Assembly (NCBI GenBank): GCA_038087875.1
Contig: CM075988.1
Coordinates: forward strand, 23,748,001-23,812,000
Source: Malacoraja senta
Lineage: Eukaryota
Length of the DNA stretch: 64,000 bases
Direction: 5' to 3'
Below the pieces are notes generated by a model. It ran no database searches. It was not told where the DNA came from and was given only the letters and a program-made list of their open reading frames with translations. A program made the position numbers and the translations under genes. Of this stretch, positions 12,655 to 24,380 are shown one piece after another (position 1 is the stretch's first letter; each line of letters starts with the position of its first letter).

Positions 12655-13009
12655 GTTTGGACCATATCCCTCTAACCTATCCTATCCATGTACCTGTCCA
12701 AATGTCTTTTAAATGTTTGTATTGTTTCTGCCTCAACTACCTCCTCTGGCAGCTCGTTCCATATACCCATCACCCTCTGTGTGAAAAAACATGTTGCCTT
12801 CTCATATTCCTCTTAAATCTTTCCCCTCTCACCTTAAACTTATGTCCTCTGGTTTTCGATTCTCTACTCTGTGCATCTACCTTCAATGATCTTTTACACC
12901 TTCATAAGATCACCTCTCATCCTCTAATGCTCCGTGGAACACAGTCCTAGCCTACCCAACCTCTCCCTGTTGCTCATGGCCTGAAATCCTGGCCGCAGAA
13001 ATCCTCGTA

Positions 13010-15033
13010 AATCCTCTCTGCATTTATTGAGGGCACAATAACGACTTTCACAATTTTGGGGAACTTGCTCTTGCTGTTGGTATTAGAACAAATTAATTCT
13101 GCTTTAAGCACTTTTCAAATGACCCGTTTTTTTTCACTGGAGTTTCCCGAGCTGGTCCCTGTAAATATTGTGTTGCACAGATGTCACGCTTTAATATTTT
13201 CTTGGTACTTCATGGCAAGTTCCTCTTTATCTTCGGGAGATTCCTTGCGTCGGTTTAAACATCTGGTTCATAGATTTTTTTTAAAAAACAATCAAAAACA
13301 CTTTTCAATTCTCATTAAGAATGTTTCTCCATGCAAAAACATATATTTTTTTAAATTTCATTTATTTTATGAATGTCTGTATTATATAAACAAAAACAAA
13401 AACCAGCCTCTGGACCAAAAAGGTGCAAAAAAAGTTTCAAATGAAGATCTGCGACAGTTAAATCTGTCCAAGAAACACTTCCCTGGCGGAAACCCCATGT
13501 CATGTTCGTCTCCCTTCCCTCCCAAGTCCCCCCTCCCTCTGAGAGACTCCCCTCCTCCCTCAGGTACATCTCCAGAGAATGATGTACGATGAGATCACGC
13601 CCCAAACCCCAGCCCCTGCAAGCCCTTCCTCTTCCAACCACCAATGGCCAATGTGACAGCGTGTTCTCGGACAAAACTGGTAGAAGCCTCGCGGAGAGCA
13701 GCTGAAACACAGAGGCTGAGGGGAAGATGTTGTAGGCTGGGTTGAGCAAGCGGGTTGTCATTGCAGCCGGGAGCTGGAGCGGTTCTCAGCTGCGGTACAA
13801 ACCCCCAAAGATGGATCAATTGATGGGTAATTCTGGGCTGCTGGCTGACAGCGATTAACAAGCCCTCGTGCTTTAGTTTAGGGCTCCTCCGGATTTGTGC
13901 TATGTTTCGGGCAGGTGTCCCGTGACTCCATTCACCTGTAAACCCCACCCCTCCCCTCCCCCATCAGTGAAACGACCTGCACCCTCTTGCTGTCCTTCCC
14001 ACCCATCCAGGTGTGCTCGCAGGTGAGGAGCGACCATCTTGCTGATTCCTCGGGTCCTTCCGGCCTGGTGGCAGAAACAGTCGGCGGTCTTCGGAGTTCG
14101 TGGAGTGACACCTGGAGAAACTGTCCCGCCGTTTCACGCAACGTCACACACCTGTCTCTCTGCTACCCACTCATCGGATCATTTGCCATCAAAGCTCTTT
14201 AGATTTTTTGTTTTTCTTTGGGGGCAGTGAAGTTTAACCTCACCCACCCATGCCTTTCGGGAAACCCTAAGAGACGGGAAGGAGGTCTGGTTTCCACCCA
14301 ACTCGTCGACTCCCAGTTACTCTGTCATTTTGTGTCTACCTGGTCTGCTTCCACCACAGGTCTCCGGAAACCACTGCTGCGTTCCAGGTGAACCTCCTCC
14401 CCAATCCATCCCTCCCCTCTCCACCCACCCAACCTACCCTGTGGACCCCGGTCTATCCTGCACGCACCCCGGGACAGAGATAAAACCTTGATTGAATCAG
14501 ACCCAGAGAGACACTATATATTTCCTCAGCTCTGGAGCTGATGTTTCTAATCCCACACCACAACCCTGCATTGAAACACAGGCTGGGTGTGAATGGGTAC
14601 GTCCTCAGCCTGAGAAACAGACCGGTCGTCAGGCTGGCGCAGAGATGGCTGGCTCGAAGGGCCGAATGGCCTCCTCCTGCACCTATTTTCTATGTTTCTA
14701 TGATACAGGACAATGGGCAGCTGCGGGGAGGGGAGTGGGCAGTGGGGATAGTGATGACTGGGGCCGAGACCTATGACACCCCCCCCCCCCCCTCTCAACC
14801 ACCACCCCTGCTGACACCAGGACCACCCTGACAAGATTGGCAACCCTTCTTGCGGAAGAGATCCTTCCTGGAATTTCCCCTGTCACAGTTCTGGATGGTT
14901 CTCGAGCGGAAAAAAAACAGAGTTACAGGAACCGTAAAAACAAAAATCACAGACTGAGGCGGAATATTTACAGCAATAATGAAATCCCTTTGCACAACAG
15001 CGGGCGAGGAAACCAAAATGAGAGAGGGAGAAG

Positions 15034-15067
<34 letters not shown>

Positions 15068-15350
15068 CTGAGAGAGAAATAAAATTTTTTAAATGGAAAA
15101 CGCAAATGTCTGGAAGTCTTTCGGCCGAGCTTACTCTGTTAAAAAATAATCTTTGACTCCCATTCCCCCCCCCCCCCCCCCCCGCCCCCCCACCCCACCT
15201 CCCAGCCCCTCCTCGGTATAAACTCTTCGTCTCCTCAGTTTTCTGGGCCTCACTTTTCGTAATAAAATTATTTTTTTTCAATTTTTCCCACCACTGTTGC
15301 TCCGTGACTTGCATAAACCCTAATTGTACGAAAAGTCGATGAGAGGAGCT
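13010..15350 (-). other. BCL9L: Probable BCL9L 3' UTR (distal end uncertain)
   Basis: Follows the stop codon and is largely free of young repeats, with U-rich tracts. Minus-strand AATAAA at 13366-13361 and 13028-13023. Confidence 0.55.
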
Positions 15351-15721
15351 TTAGAAGGGCATGTTGGCAGCGTTTCCCGGCCCAGGTACAAAGGTGATGG
15401 GCGTATCTAAGGACATGCTCCTCTGTCTTAACTGCTGGGGGAACATCATACTTTGGTGGGGTGGCGCAGCTAGAACGCCCACCTGAGGGGGCAGCATGTG
15501 TCCCCCCTGCCCGTACATCTCCCCCGAGAGGGAGAGGCTCCTCTGCTTGGCTTGGAGCATCATGTTCTGTTGGGCCATCAAGCTCTGCTGCGGAGACATG
15601 AGGACCTGGTGCAGGCTGTTGGTCATCACGCCGTGTTGGCCCGGCATGCCTGTCCTTGCCATCATGGGCCCCGGCACCTGCCCCGGGTGGAATATGTGCA
15701 TGCTCAGGCCCCTCTGCACCA

Positions 15722-15756
<35 letters not shown>

Positions 15757-16525
15757 CCGGCGAGGCTGGGTCGGCCGGGAGCACCCTGCTCCAGCATCAT
15801 GCTGTGAAGGTTCATGAGGTGAGGGTTGGAAGACGGGGCTTTGGGCACCTGCGGTTCTCCTTTGGGGAAGTACTGCAGCGTGCTGCTGGGCCTCTCCGAG
15901 GGAATGATGCGCGACAGGTTGAACTCGGGGATGCCGCTGGCCGACGGCCGGATCACGTCCTGAAGCTCGGGGTCGTTGAGGACCGAGGCCACTCCCGAGA
16001 GCTGGTAGCCTTCGGCCACCGAGCGGACCGACACGCCCTTGGTCATCAGGTGCGGAGGCGGGGGAGGCGGAGGCTGCTGCTGCTGCTGCTGCTGCTGCTG
16101 GGAGGGAGCCGGTCCGGTGGGCACGCCGTGCGGGGGGACCCCGTCATCGTGGGACATGGCCATCCCAGGAGGGTAGACCTGCTGCATCCCGGAGCCCGGG
16201 GACTGCAGGGGGTTGTGGGGCTGGTGCTGCATCCGCTGGAGGACCATGGGATTCTGAGGTAGCATCTGGGAGCCGCCGCCGCTCAGCGGTCCCAGCGAGT
16301 CCTGGGACGGGTGCACCATCATGGGGCTCTGCACCCCCATGCCGGGTCCGTGGCCCTCGTGCATGCCGATGCTGGGGCCCATCATGCCCGGCGACGGCAT
16401 CATGGACGGCGGGGGTTCGTGGGACAGGGGCTGCCCCACCATCCCCATCGCCAGGGGGCTGTTGGCTGATCCTGGCCCCACCACACTCTGAGACACCAGG
16501 TGCTGCTGTGGGTTCTGGCTCATTC
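15351..16525 (-). CDS. BCL9L: BCL9L last coding exon
   Basis: TTGCAG acceptor, phase 1. Contains VLNDPELQDVIRPSASGIPEFNLSRIIPSERPSSTLQYFPK and ends NMPF-TAA, as in the BCL9 family. Confidence 0.95.
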
Positions 16526-16789
16526 CTGCAAGGCAACCGAAAAGGAAGTTATAAAAATGTCCCACTCCCCTCGCCAGCCATCTTAAATCCAATGTACACG
16601 ACTAACAGGCCCCGCCACAACTTATAGGAACCCAGATGAAATTGAACAAGACATTATGACAGGTGACTAGATACTTAATCAGGTTGATCGAAGCATCATC
16701 AAGAGAGTCATGAGTGTTTTTATTGTCATGTGTCCCAGATAGAACAATGACACTCTTACTTGCTGCGGCACAACAGAATGTGTGATCAC

Positions 16790-17189
16790 CAAAGACCCTA
16801 CAGCGAGCAAGATTGACCACTCGTCGAAAAAGACGTAGTACGGTCATGGGCAGATTCATGGGTCATTTTCGGCCCCATTTCCGTAACCGGCTTCCGTCTC
16901 CGCACCAAAGATCCCAAAGATAACTAGTGCGGAGACGGAAGCCGGCTACGGAAACATCCTCGTAAAAATAAAAGTTATTTGGTAAAAATCTTCTCCTCAT
17001 TTTCAGAATTTTAACTTATTAACACAAACTGTTGCCCCGCAACGTTGATTACACTGCGAGTCGGGTCGGGTCGGGTCCGGTTACGGAAATGGATGAAACA
17101 AATGCCCAGGTTCCGTTCCGTTGCGTACTACACGTCAGCCCATTGCATTTAGCAGGAGTGGTCTATCTTGCTCCGCTATATGATCTTTG
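16790..17189 (+). mobile_element. hAT-type MITE family A, copy 2
   Basis: Same TIRs; TSD GTGATCAC/GTGAACAC. Confidence 0.88.
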
Positions 17190-17746
17190 GTGAACACAGT
17201 ACACTGTAACCAATGTCATTAACATAGGAGGAGAAATAACAATGAAGCCACAGTGAGGAGGGATTCTGTTGTTCAGGTCCAAGACAGCATAAAGAGCAGA
17301 AATGTCCATGAGGGAAGAAGTGCCTGGGACATTGCTCTGACTTCAGGCCAGTATTTATCTTGGACCAATTTTTATGGCAGAGATGATTTGGATACATATC
17401 ATTTCCATTTGTGTACATCACCGTCATGAGGCACAATATTGGCCAAGATGAACTGAGAGCTACACTTGAGTACGAGAGATGCTTTCACAAGCTCATAGGT
17501 TCTAGGAGCAGAATGAGGTCATTCGTCCCATCAAGTCTACTCCGCCATTCACTCATTGCTGGTCTATCTTTCCCTCTCAACCCCATTCTCCTGCCTTCTC
17601 CCCCCCCGACACCTGTACTAATCACAAATCTGTCAATCTCCGCCTTGAATATATCCATTGACTTGGCCTCCACCGCCGTCTGTGGCAACGAATCCCACAG
17701 ATTCACCACCCTCTGCTTTGGAAGCACAAGTTCTCTGTTCACTCAC

Positions 17747-17971
17747 CAGAGACGCCTGTGGGCTGGATCATGGACATTGACCTCTCTGGGGCCAGCTCGT
17801 CATCGGAAGTGGCGATGGTCTTAATCGCATCGTGGTAGAGCGGCGTGGAGCTCGGCATGGCGTACTTGGACATCTGAGACATCATCAGCGACAGGGGGTT
17901 CTGCGAGGGCGTTGAATCCGGAGAGTTGTACGGTAATCCGGGGCCGGGGCGCGAGGCGGAGACGATGGGGC
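17747..17971 (-). CDS. BCL9L: BCL9L coding exon 6 (C-terminal homology domain); correct frame is absent from the ORF track
   Basis: 225 nt, phase 1-1, with AACAG acceptor and G|GTGAGT donor. Hand translation: GPIVSAS...TPSQNPLSLMMSQMSKYAMPSSTPLYHDAIKTIATSDDEL. Confidence 0.94.
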
Positions 17972-18174
17972 CTGTTCAACGTGGACAGAGGGCAAAGAAA
18001 AACAGCTCTCAATATTGGTCCCATCTGATGAACCCATTCACTATTCAAGAGAGATCGTGACATGCCTCACACATACAAAAAGCCAGGAGCCAGGGGCTAC
18101 CACCGTAGGGACGCTCATTCACTTGAACTGTGGATATTCAAAGGATAGATTTACATTGGAACTGACTGGGGTCT

Positions 18175-18434
18175 ACACACACAGTGACCAACATTGGGGT
18201 ACAGGTCCACATACAGTGACCAACATTGGGGTACAGGTCCACACACAGTGACCAACATTGGGGTACAGGTCCACACACAGTGACCAACATTGGGGTACAG
18301 GTCCACATACAGTGACCAACATTGGGGTACAGGTCCACACACAGCGACCAACATTGGGGTACAGTTCCACACACGCACACCAACCAACACTGGGGTAAAG
18401 TCCCACAGGTACCGCCCAACACTGGGGTACAGTT
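18175..18434. repeat. 32-bp minisatellite, ~8 copies degenerating rightwards
   Basis: ACAGTGACCAACATTGGGGTACAGGTCCACAY at 18181, 18213, 18245, etc. Confidence 0.95.
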
Positions 18435-19158
18435 TCTCCAGGGCCAGGCACTCTCTGGGGGACAGTTGTACCATCATTCTCTCCCATTGAGGTGCAGATT
18501 GGTGAGAAACTGCCACTCCTGGACAATCTAAGCCATTTGTGAAAACCTGCATAGTTTCATGACTTCAATCTGCAAGTCTATCTGAAGCTCCTGGAAGAAG
18601 TGAGAGCTTCCAAGAGCCACGGTGGGCCCAGGTTGGGTTAAGTGGGTGTGACGGACACTGACAAATTCTGAAGCTGGCCACATCATGAAATAAAATTCTC
18701 CAGCCATCCTCAGATGAGGGGAGTAACTCAGCTACAATATCAAAAACAGCAGGACCTTCACACCTCACATCTAAATTCTCATTGAAGTCACAACAAATGT
18801 GCCTGCTGATGAAAGATCTCAATTGCACAGCATCTGGCTGCAGTTGGGTCGGAGCAAGTTTGTGGAGATGGGAAGAGATAGTGCGAGTGAGGGTGAGGGG
18901 CTGATCGTACAACTCTCAGCCAGCAGCACGTTCGTTGATCAAAGCTGTCAAGTGGCACCTTCTCATCCATCGTCTCCACGCCGAGGCTGAGCTTAGATTC
19001 TCCAAGATCTCATCACAGCCTTCGTCCAAACCTGGACCAATGACTTAATTCTGGAGGTGAGATGGCAGTGACGACTACATTTGATCCAAAGCCTGCTCTG
19101 CCTTGGCTAAGTGCTCACTCAGGTGTTCTGTATTCCAACCGTTATCTACCCCCTAGAC

Positions 19159-19334
19159 CAGTGGTTCTTAACCTATGGGGGGTCATTTGGGGCTTTGCCA
19201 GGGGTCATGAAGGGGACACAAATAACGTATCAATTTGTTGAGCCCATGTTTAGGAACCTAACAAAGGTACATACCACATACAGTGTTTGGTTCACGTATG
19301 GGCGTACTGGTGCCAAAAAGGTTAAGAGCCACTG
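19159..19334. mobile_element. hAT/Charlie-like MITE
   Basis: TIR CAGTGGTTCTTAACCT / AGGTTAAGAGCCACTG; 8-bp TSD CCCTAGAC. Confidence 0.85.
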
Positions 19335-19616
19335 CCCTAGACACAAAAGGCTGGAGTAACTCACCGGGTCAGGCAGCATCTCTGGAGAAAAGGAATAGGT
19401 GACGTTTCGGGTCGATACCCTTCTTCAGACACAACCCGACCCAAATCGTCACCTATTCCTGGTCACCAGAGATGCTACCAGTCGGTCGGAAGGGAGAGTG
19501 GACGCTGGCGCGGTTTGGCTGCCGCTGCTCTCCCTTCACATTGTGTTTCTGAATTTGTTTGTTGTCTTTTTTGGATCGAATTTCTGTCTTTAATTTGTGT
19601 ATTTGTGATGTCTTTA

Positions 19617-20196
19617 AGGCTCTGTCTCACGGTGTTGCGGTCATCGGCGGTGAAGCGCGGCGTCGCCGGTAGAGGGGACCGCACGGCAACGGCGAGAGTG
19701 CCGAGCCTATGCCACGGGAGCGCCGCACGGGTGCTGCGCGGGGGCCGAGTGATTAAGTACGGCTGGTCCCACGAGCTTGCGGTAAGTTAAAAAAAAAAGG
19801 GCGGGCCGACTGTGATGACGTCATTTCGGATCTGCGGGGCTGTGGCGGCGGCCGTGCCGCACACGTGCCTCACTGGCGGAGGCTGTGGCGGCAGTCGTGC
19901 CTCACTGGCGGAGGCTGTGGCAGTGCAAGTTCGACGCACGGCGCTCGTGCCTCACTGGCGGAGGCTGTGGCGGTGCAAGTTCGACGCACGGCGCTCGTGC
20001 CTCACTGGCGGAGGCTGTGCAGTAGGAAAAGTTTTTTGAACAGTGTTGGTTTTATTTTAGCACCGTGCGGTGTTGGGAACAACGCCGCACGGCCCCGGAA
20101 TTGTGTGTTTGACCGAGTGCACGGTCTATGGCGGCCCAGGAGCGGTAGATTCTTCCTGTTTCGCCGCCAATGACCGCAGACTCGTGAGACAGGCCT
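19617..20196 (+). mobile_element. GC-rich MITE with internal tandem repeats; second copy at ~47029-47509
   Basis: TIRs GGCTCTGTCTCACG..TGCGGTCATCGGCG / CGCCAATGACCGCA..CGTGAGACAGGCC; internal GTGCCTCACTGGCGGAGGCTGTGGCGG units. Confidence 0.8.
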
Positions 20197-23189
20197 TTTA
20201 TAACTTATTTTACTCTGATTATATGTTTCTTTGTTAAATTTTGTACGGTGTCCTTGAGACTTTTATATAGGCGCCCTTAAATAAAATCTATTATTATTAT
20301 TATTATTATTACCCGACCCTCTGAGTTACTCCAGCTTTTTGTGCCTATCTTCGGTTTAAAGCAGCATCTGCACATTCTCTACCCCCTACCTTTAAACCTG
20401 TGCTGCCCTCTACACACTATGTTAAACAATGCCCTCTACTTTCAGAGATCACCGCCATGGGTTAACGTTTCATACCATCTAGGCCCTTTTCTGCCCCTCA
20501 TAGTTTAGTCAATCAGGTGCCCCTCAGCCTCCTCCACTCAAGAAAAACAAACACCATCTCTCCAGTGTCTCTTCCAATGAAATGCCCCCATCGCAGTCAC
20601 AGTCCAGTGAGCTTCGTCTGCATCTTCCGCAACACTGTTGTATTCTTCCAAAACTGCATGGTATTGCAACTCTGGCCCAACCCAACGTTTAATAAATTAT
20701 ACTCTAACCTCCCTCCTCTTGTAACCTATGCCTGCAAGCACCGCCAACACCTCCGGACACAATGGTGGCACAGTGGCACAGCGGTAGAGTTGCTGCCTTG
20801 CAGCGCCAGAGACCCGGGTTCGATCCCGTCTACGGGCGCTGTCTGTATTGAGTTTGTACGTTCTCCCCGTGACCGCGTGGGTTTTTCCCGAGATCTTCGG
20901 TTTCCTCCGACACTCCAAAGACGTACAAGCGTAAATTGTCCCTAGTGTGTGAAGGATATGTGTGGTGAGTCTGTGGAATTCTCACAGAGAGTGGTGAGTC
21001 TGTGGAATTCTCTGCTTCAGAGGGCAGTGGAGGCATGTTCTCTGGATGCTTTCAAGAGAGAGCTAGATAGGGCTCTTAAAAATAGCGGAGTCAGGGGATA
21101 TGGGGAGAAGGCAGGAACGGGGTACTGATTGGGGATGATCAGCCATGATCACATTGAATGGCGGTGCTGGCTCGAAGGGCTGAATGGCCTACACCTGCAC
21201 CTATTGTCTATTGATATGGCGAATGTGTGGGGATCGCTGGTCGGTGCGGGATGGGTGGGCCGAAGGGCGCTGTATCTCTAAGCAGAGTGTTGGAGGAACT
21301 CAGCGGGCCAGGCAGCATCTCGGGAGAAGATGGATAGGTGACGTCTCGGGTTGGGACCCCTCTGAATGTTCGTGGTTGAGAGCCTGAAGGATTATGAATA
21401 AGTTTACTGTGGAAACCGATCTGAAAAGCTGATGATGCACAGCCCCAGCACCAAGGCTGCAGGGTGAACCGCAGGCTTAGACCGTGGCTGGGGGCACCCT
21501 CTAGTGGGAAGAGCTGCAAACTGACCACAACTTGTGATCAAAACACAAACTCAGCAACCTCTGACTATCTGATAGCAGTAGTGTGGCCATGCCCCTGATA
21601 GTCGCGTGAATCATCTCCACCCTCACTGGACAGTAGATAAACCACTATCTGATTTGAGGAAGGACATTCTTGCTATTGAGGGAGTGCAGCGTAGGTTTAC
21701 AAGGTTAATTCCCGGGATGGCGGGACTGTCATATGCTGAGAGAATGGAGCAGCTGGGCTTGTACACTCTGGAGTTTAGAAGGATGAGAGGCGATCTCATT
21801 AAAACATATAAGATTGTTAAGGGTTTGGACACGCTAGAGGCAGGAAACATGTTCCCGATGTTGGGGGAGTCCAGAACCAGGGGCCACAAACTTTAAGAAT
21901 AAGGGGTAAGCTATTATGAACAGAGACGAGGAAACACTTTTTCTCACAGAGAGTTGTGAGTCTGTGGAATTCTCTGTCTCAGAGGGCGGTGGAGGCAGGT
22001 TCTCTGGATACTTTCAAGAGAGAGCTAGATAGGGCTCTTAAAAATAGCGGAGTCAGGGGATATGGGGAGAAGGCAGGAACGGGGTACTGATTGGGGATGA
22101 TCAGCCAGGATCACATTGAATGGCGGTGCTGGCTCAAAGGGCCGAATGGCCTACTCCTGCACCTATTGTCTATTGTCTATTTATTGATAACGTTAAAGAC
22201 TTTAGAGATACAGCCATTCGGCCCACACCGAGTCCACGCCGGCCAGCGACCACCCCGCACACAAGCAATATCCTGCGCACTACATACAGGGGGCTGACCT
22301 GTACGTCTTTGGAGGGTGGTAGGAAACCTGAGCACCCGGGGAAAACCCACGTGGTCCCAGAGAGAAAGTACAAACTCCGTACAAACAATACCTGTAGTGA
22401 AGATGGAGCCCGGGGTCTCTGGTGCTGTAACTCTGCGACTCTACCCTTGTGCCCCTTGTGCCGTCGTCTCTTTGATTTATTTCTATTAGTTGGGGCACTT
22501 TAAAATTACTTTAAATTCACACACCGACGCATGTAAAAGATAAGCTTTAATTTATAAAAATGCCTTCCAATGTGCATGGTACATGCCCCACAATATTAAT
22601 TAGTACGGCTGTCAGGGGTTATGGCAGGAGAGTGGGGTTGAGAGAGAAAGATAGATCAGCCATGAGAAAACTTGATGGGCCGAATGGCCTAATTCTGCTC
22701 CTATAAACCTATCAACTTATGAACACACAAGCTAGGCTAATGGAACTCAGCGGGTGAGGCTGCATCTCTGGAGAGAAGGATTGGGCGACGTTTCGGGTCG
22801 AGACCCTGGAAGGGTCTCGACCCGAAACGTCGCCCATTCCTTCCAGGGTCTCCACCCAAAACATCGCCCATTCCTTCTCTCCAGAGACGCTGCCTCGCCC
22901 GCTGAGTTACTCCAGCATTTTGTGTCTACCTTCGGTTTAAACCAGCATTCTTTCTTGCACACTAGGCTACTGGAATCTAGCCTGATTAAGGAGTAACTTA
23001 ATTCATGGCTTCGAGTTTTTTTTTGCAGAAACTCGTCAAGCGGATGGTGAGAAACTGTAAGCCCGGGCAAGAGTCTTGGGGGCAATGGAACAGAACATTC
23101 CTCTATAGTGCGGAAAACCAGAGGCACAACTGTAAACGGATTTGATCGCGCGGCCTCTTCTCAAACTAGGATCAATGAACACGAGATAG

Positions 23190-23448
23190 CCGTCAACGCA
23201 TTTACAGAACGCCACAGGAGATCTTTCTTCCCTGCGGCTATCAAACTGTACAACCCCCCCGCCCCCCCTTCTGTCGTCGGATAGACTGACTCTCACCCTC
23301 CCCCCCCCAATCTTTGCACATCCCCCAATTCTTACCACTCGTCACTTTAATTTCATGTTTGATGTATTTTGTCTTTTTTATGACCGTCGGCAGATCAATT
23401 TCCCTCCCGGGATAAATAACGTTCTGTCGCACCGTATCTTATCGTATT
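23190..23448 (+). mobile_element. Rex1/Babar-like LINE 3' end; a second 3' end at ~38420-38565
   Basis: TERHRRSFFPAAIKLYN and a CAATTTCCC...GGGATAAATAA terminus with a TATCG-like tail. Confidence 0.65.
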
Positions 23449-24380
23449 AATAAGATAAATGACTTTAACCAGAAAGAGGTGGGATTGCGGAAATGCCCGT
23501 TTGTAATCAGTAACTGCCCTGCAGAGCAGAGGGTGGCGTTGACGGATAAACAACACGTGGCAAGCGGTGCGATGTAACGCGCGCTGCACCCACCCTGCTG
23601 ATGTGGCTGGCACAACATGTCAGGCAGCACCCGCACAGACCTTTCAGCCCATTGAGTCCATGCTCAACACGACCGTCAACAAACACAAATCCCATTTTAT
23701 TCACCTCCTCCCAGCATCTACATCCCACCCAAAAAACTGGGGGGGGGGGGGCAACTAATAGTGGGCAACCGACCGAGCAAAACACATCTTTTGGATGTGG
23801 GGAGGGGGAAACTAGTGCACCCATAGGGTGGTCACATGGAGAACATGCAAACTCCACACAGACTGCAATTGAGAACAGGATTGAACCTAGGTCACCAGAG
23901 ATGTGAGGCAGCAGCTCGATTAGCTGCCGTTCCTGGTGTCTGTAGTGAGTTAATGGGCCTTTCCCACTGTACGAGCTAATTCAAGAGTTCTCCCGAGTTT
24001 CCCCTGATTCGAACTCGGAGATTTACGGTAATGGCCGCTCGTAGGTACTCGGGGCTCTCGTGGACATTTTTCAACATGTTGAAAAATCTTCACGAGTCTT
24101 CACAAGCTTTTCCGAGCGTTTCCCGAGTGCCTGCCGTTAGCGTCACGAGCCGCTAAGAGACGTCCCCGAGCTCCGACGTACCCCTATGTACGTTCTGCGT
24201 GCTTACCACGAGTTTGATTTTTTTTTTATAAACTCGGGAGAGCTCTTGGGTAAACTCGTACAGTGGGACATGCATTGAGAGCAAACGGTTCGGTACAAAT
24301 GTATAAATGCTGCAAGGTTTGATGGCTGGGTCGGGCAGACTACCGAGTGATGAGTGTAAACACTCTGCTCCTTTTCTCAC

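Noticed and set aside
1..13000. Expected CXCR5 neighbour
   Set aside because: No 7-TM open frame is visible; it may lie outside the window.
13056..13592. 178-aa plus-strand ORF
   Set aside because: Non-ATG start, low complexity, and antisense to the probable BCL9L 3' UTR.
18175..18434. 32-bp repeats resembling a CRISPR array
   Set aside because: Head-to-tail units with no unique spacers, no cas genes, and a vertebrate intronic context.
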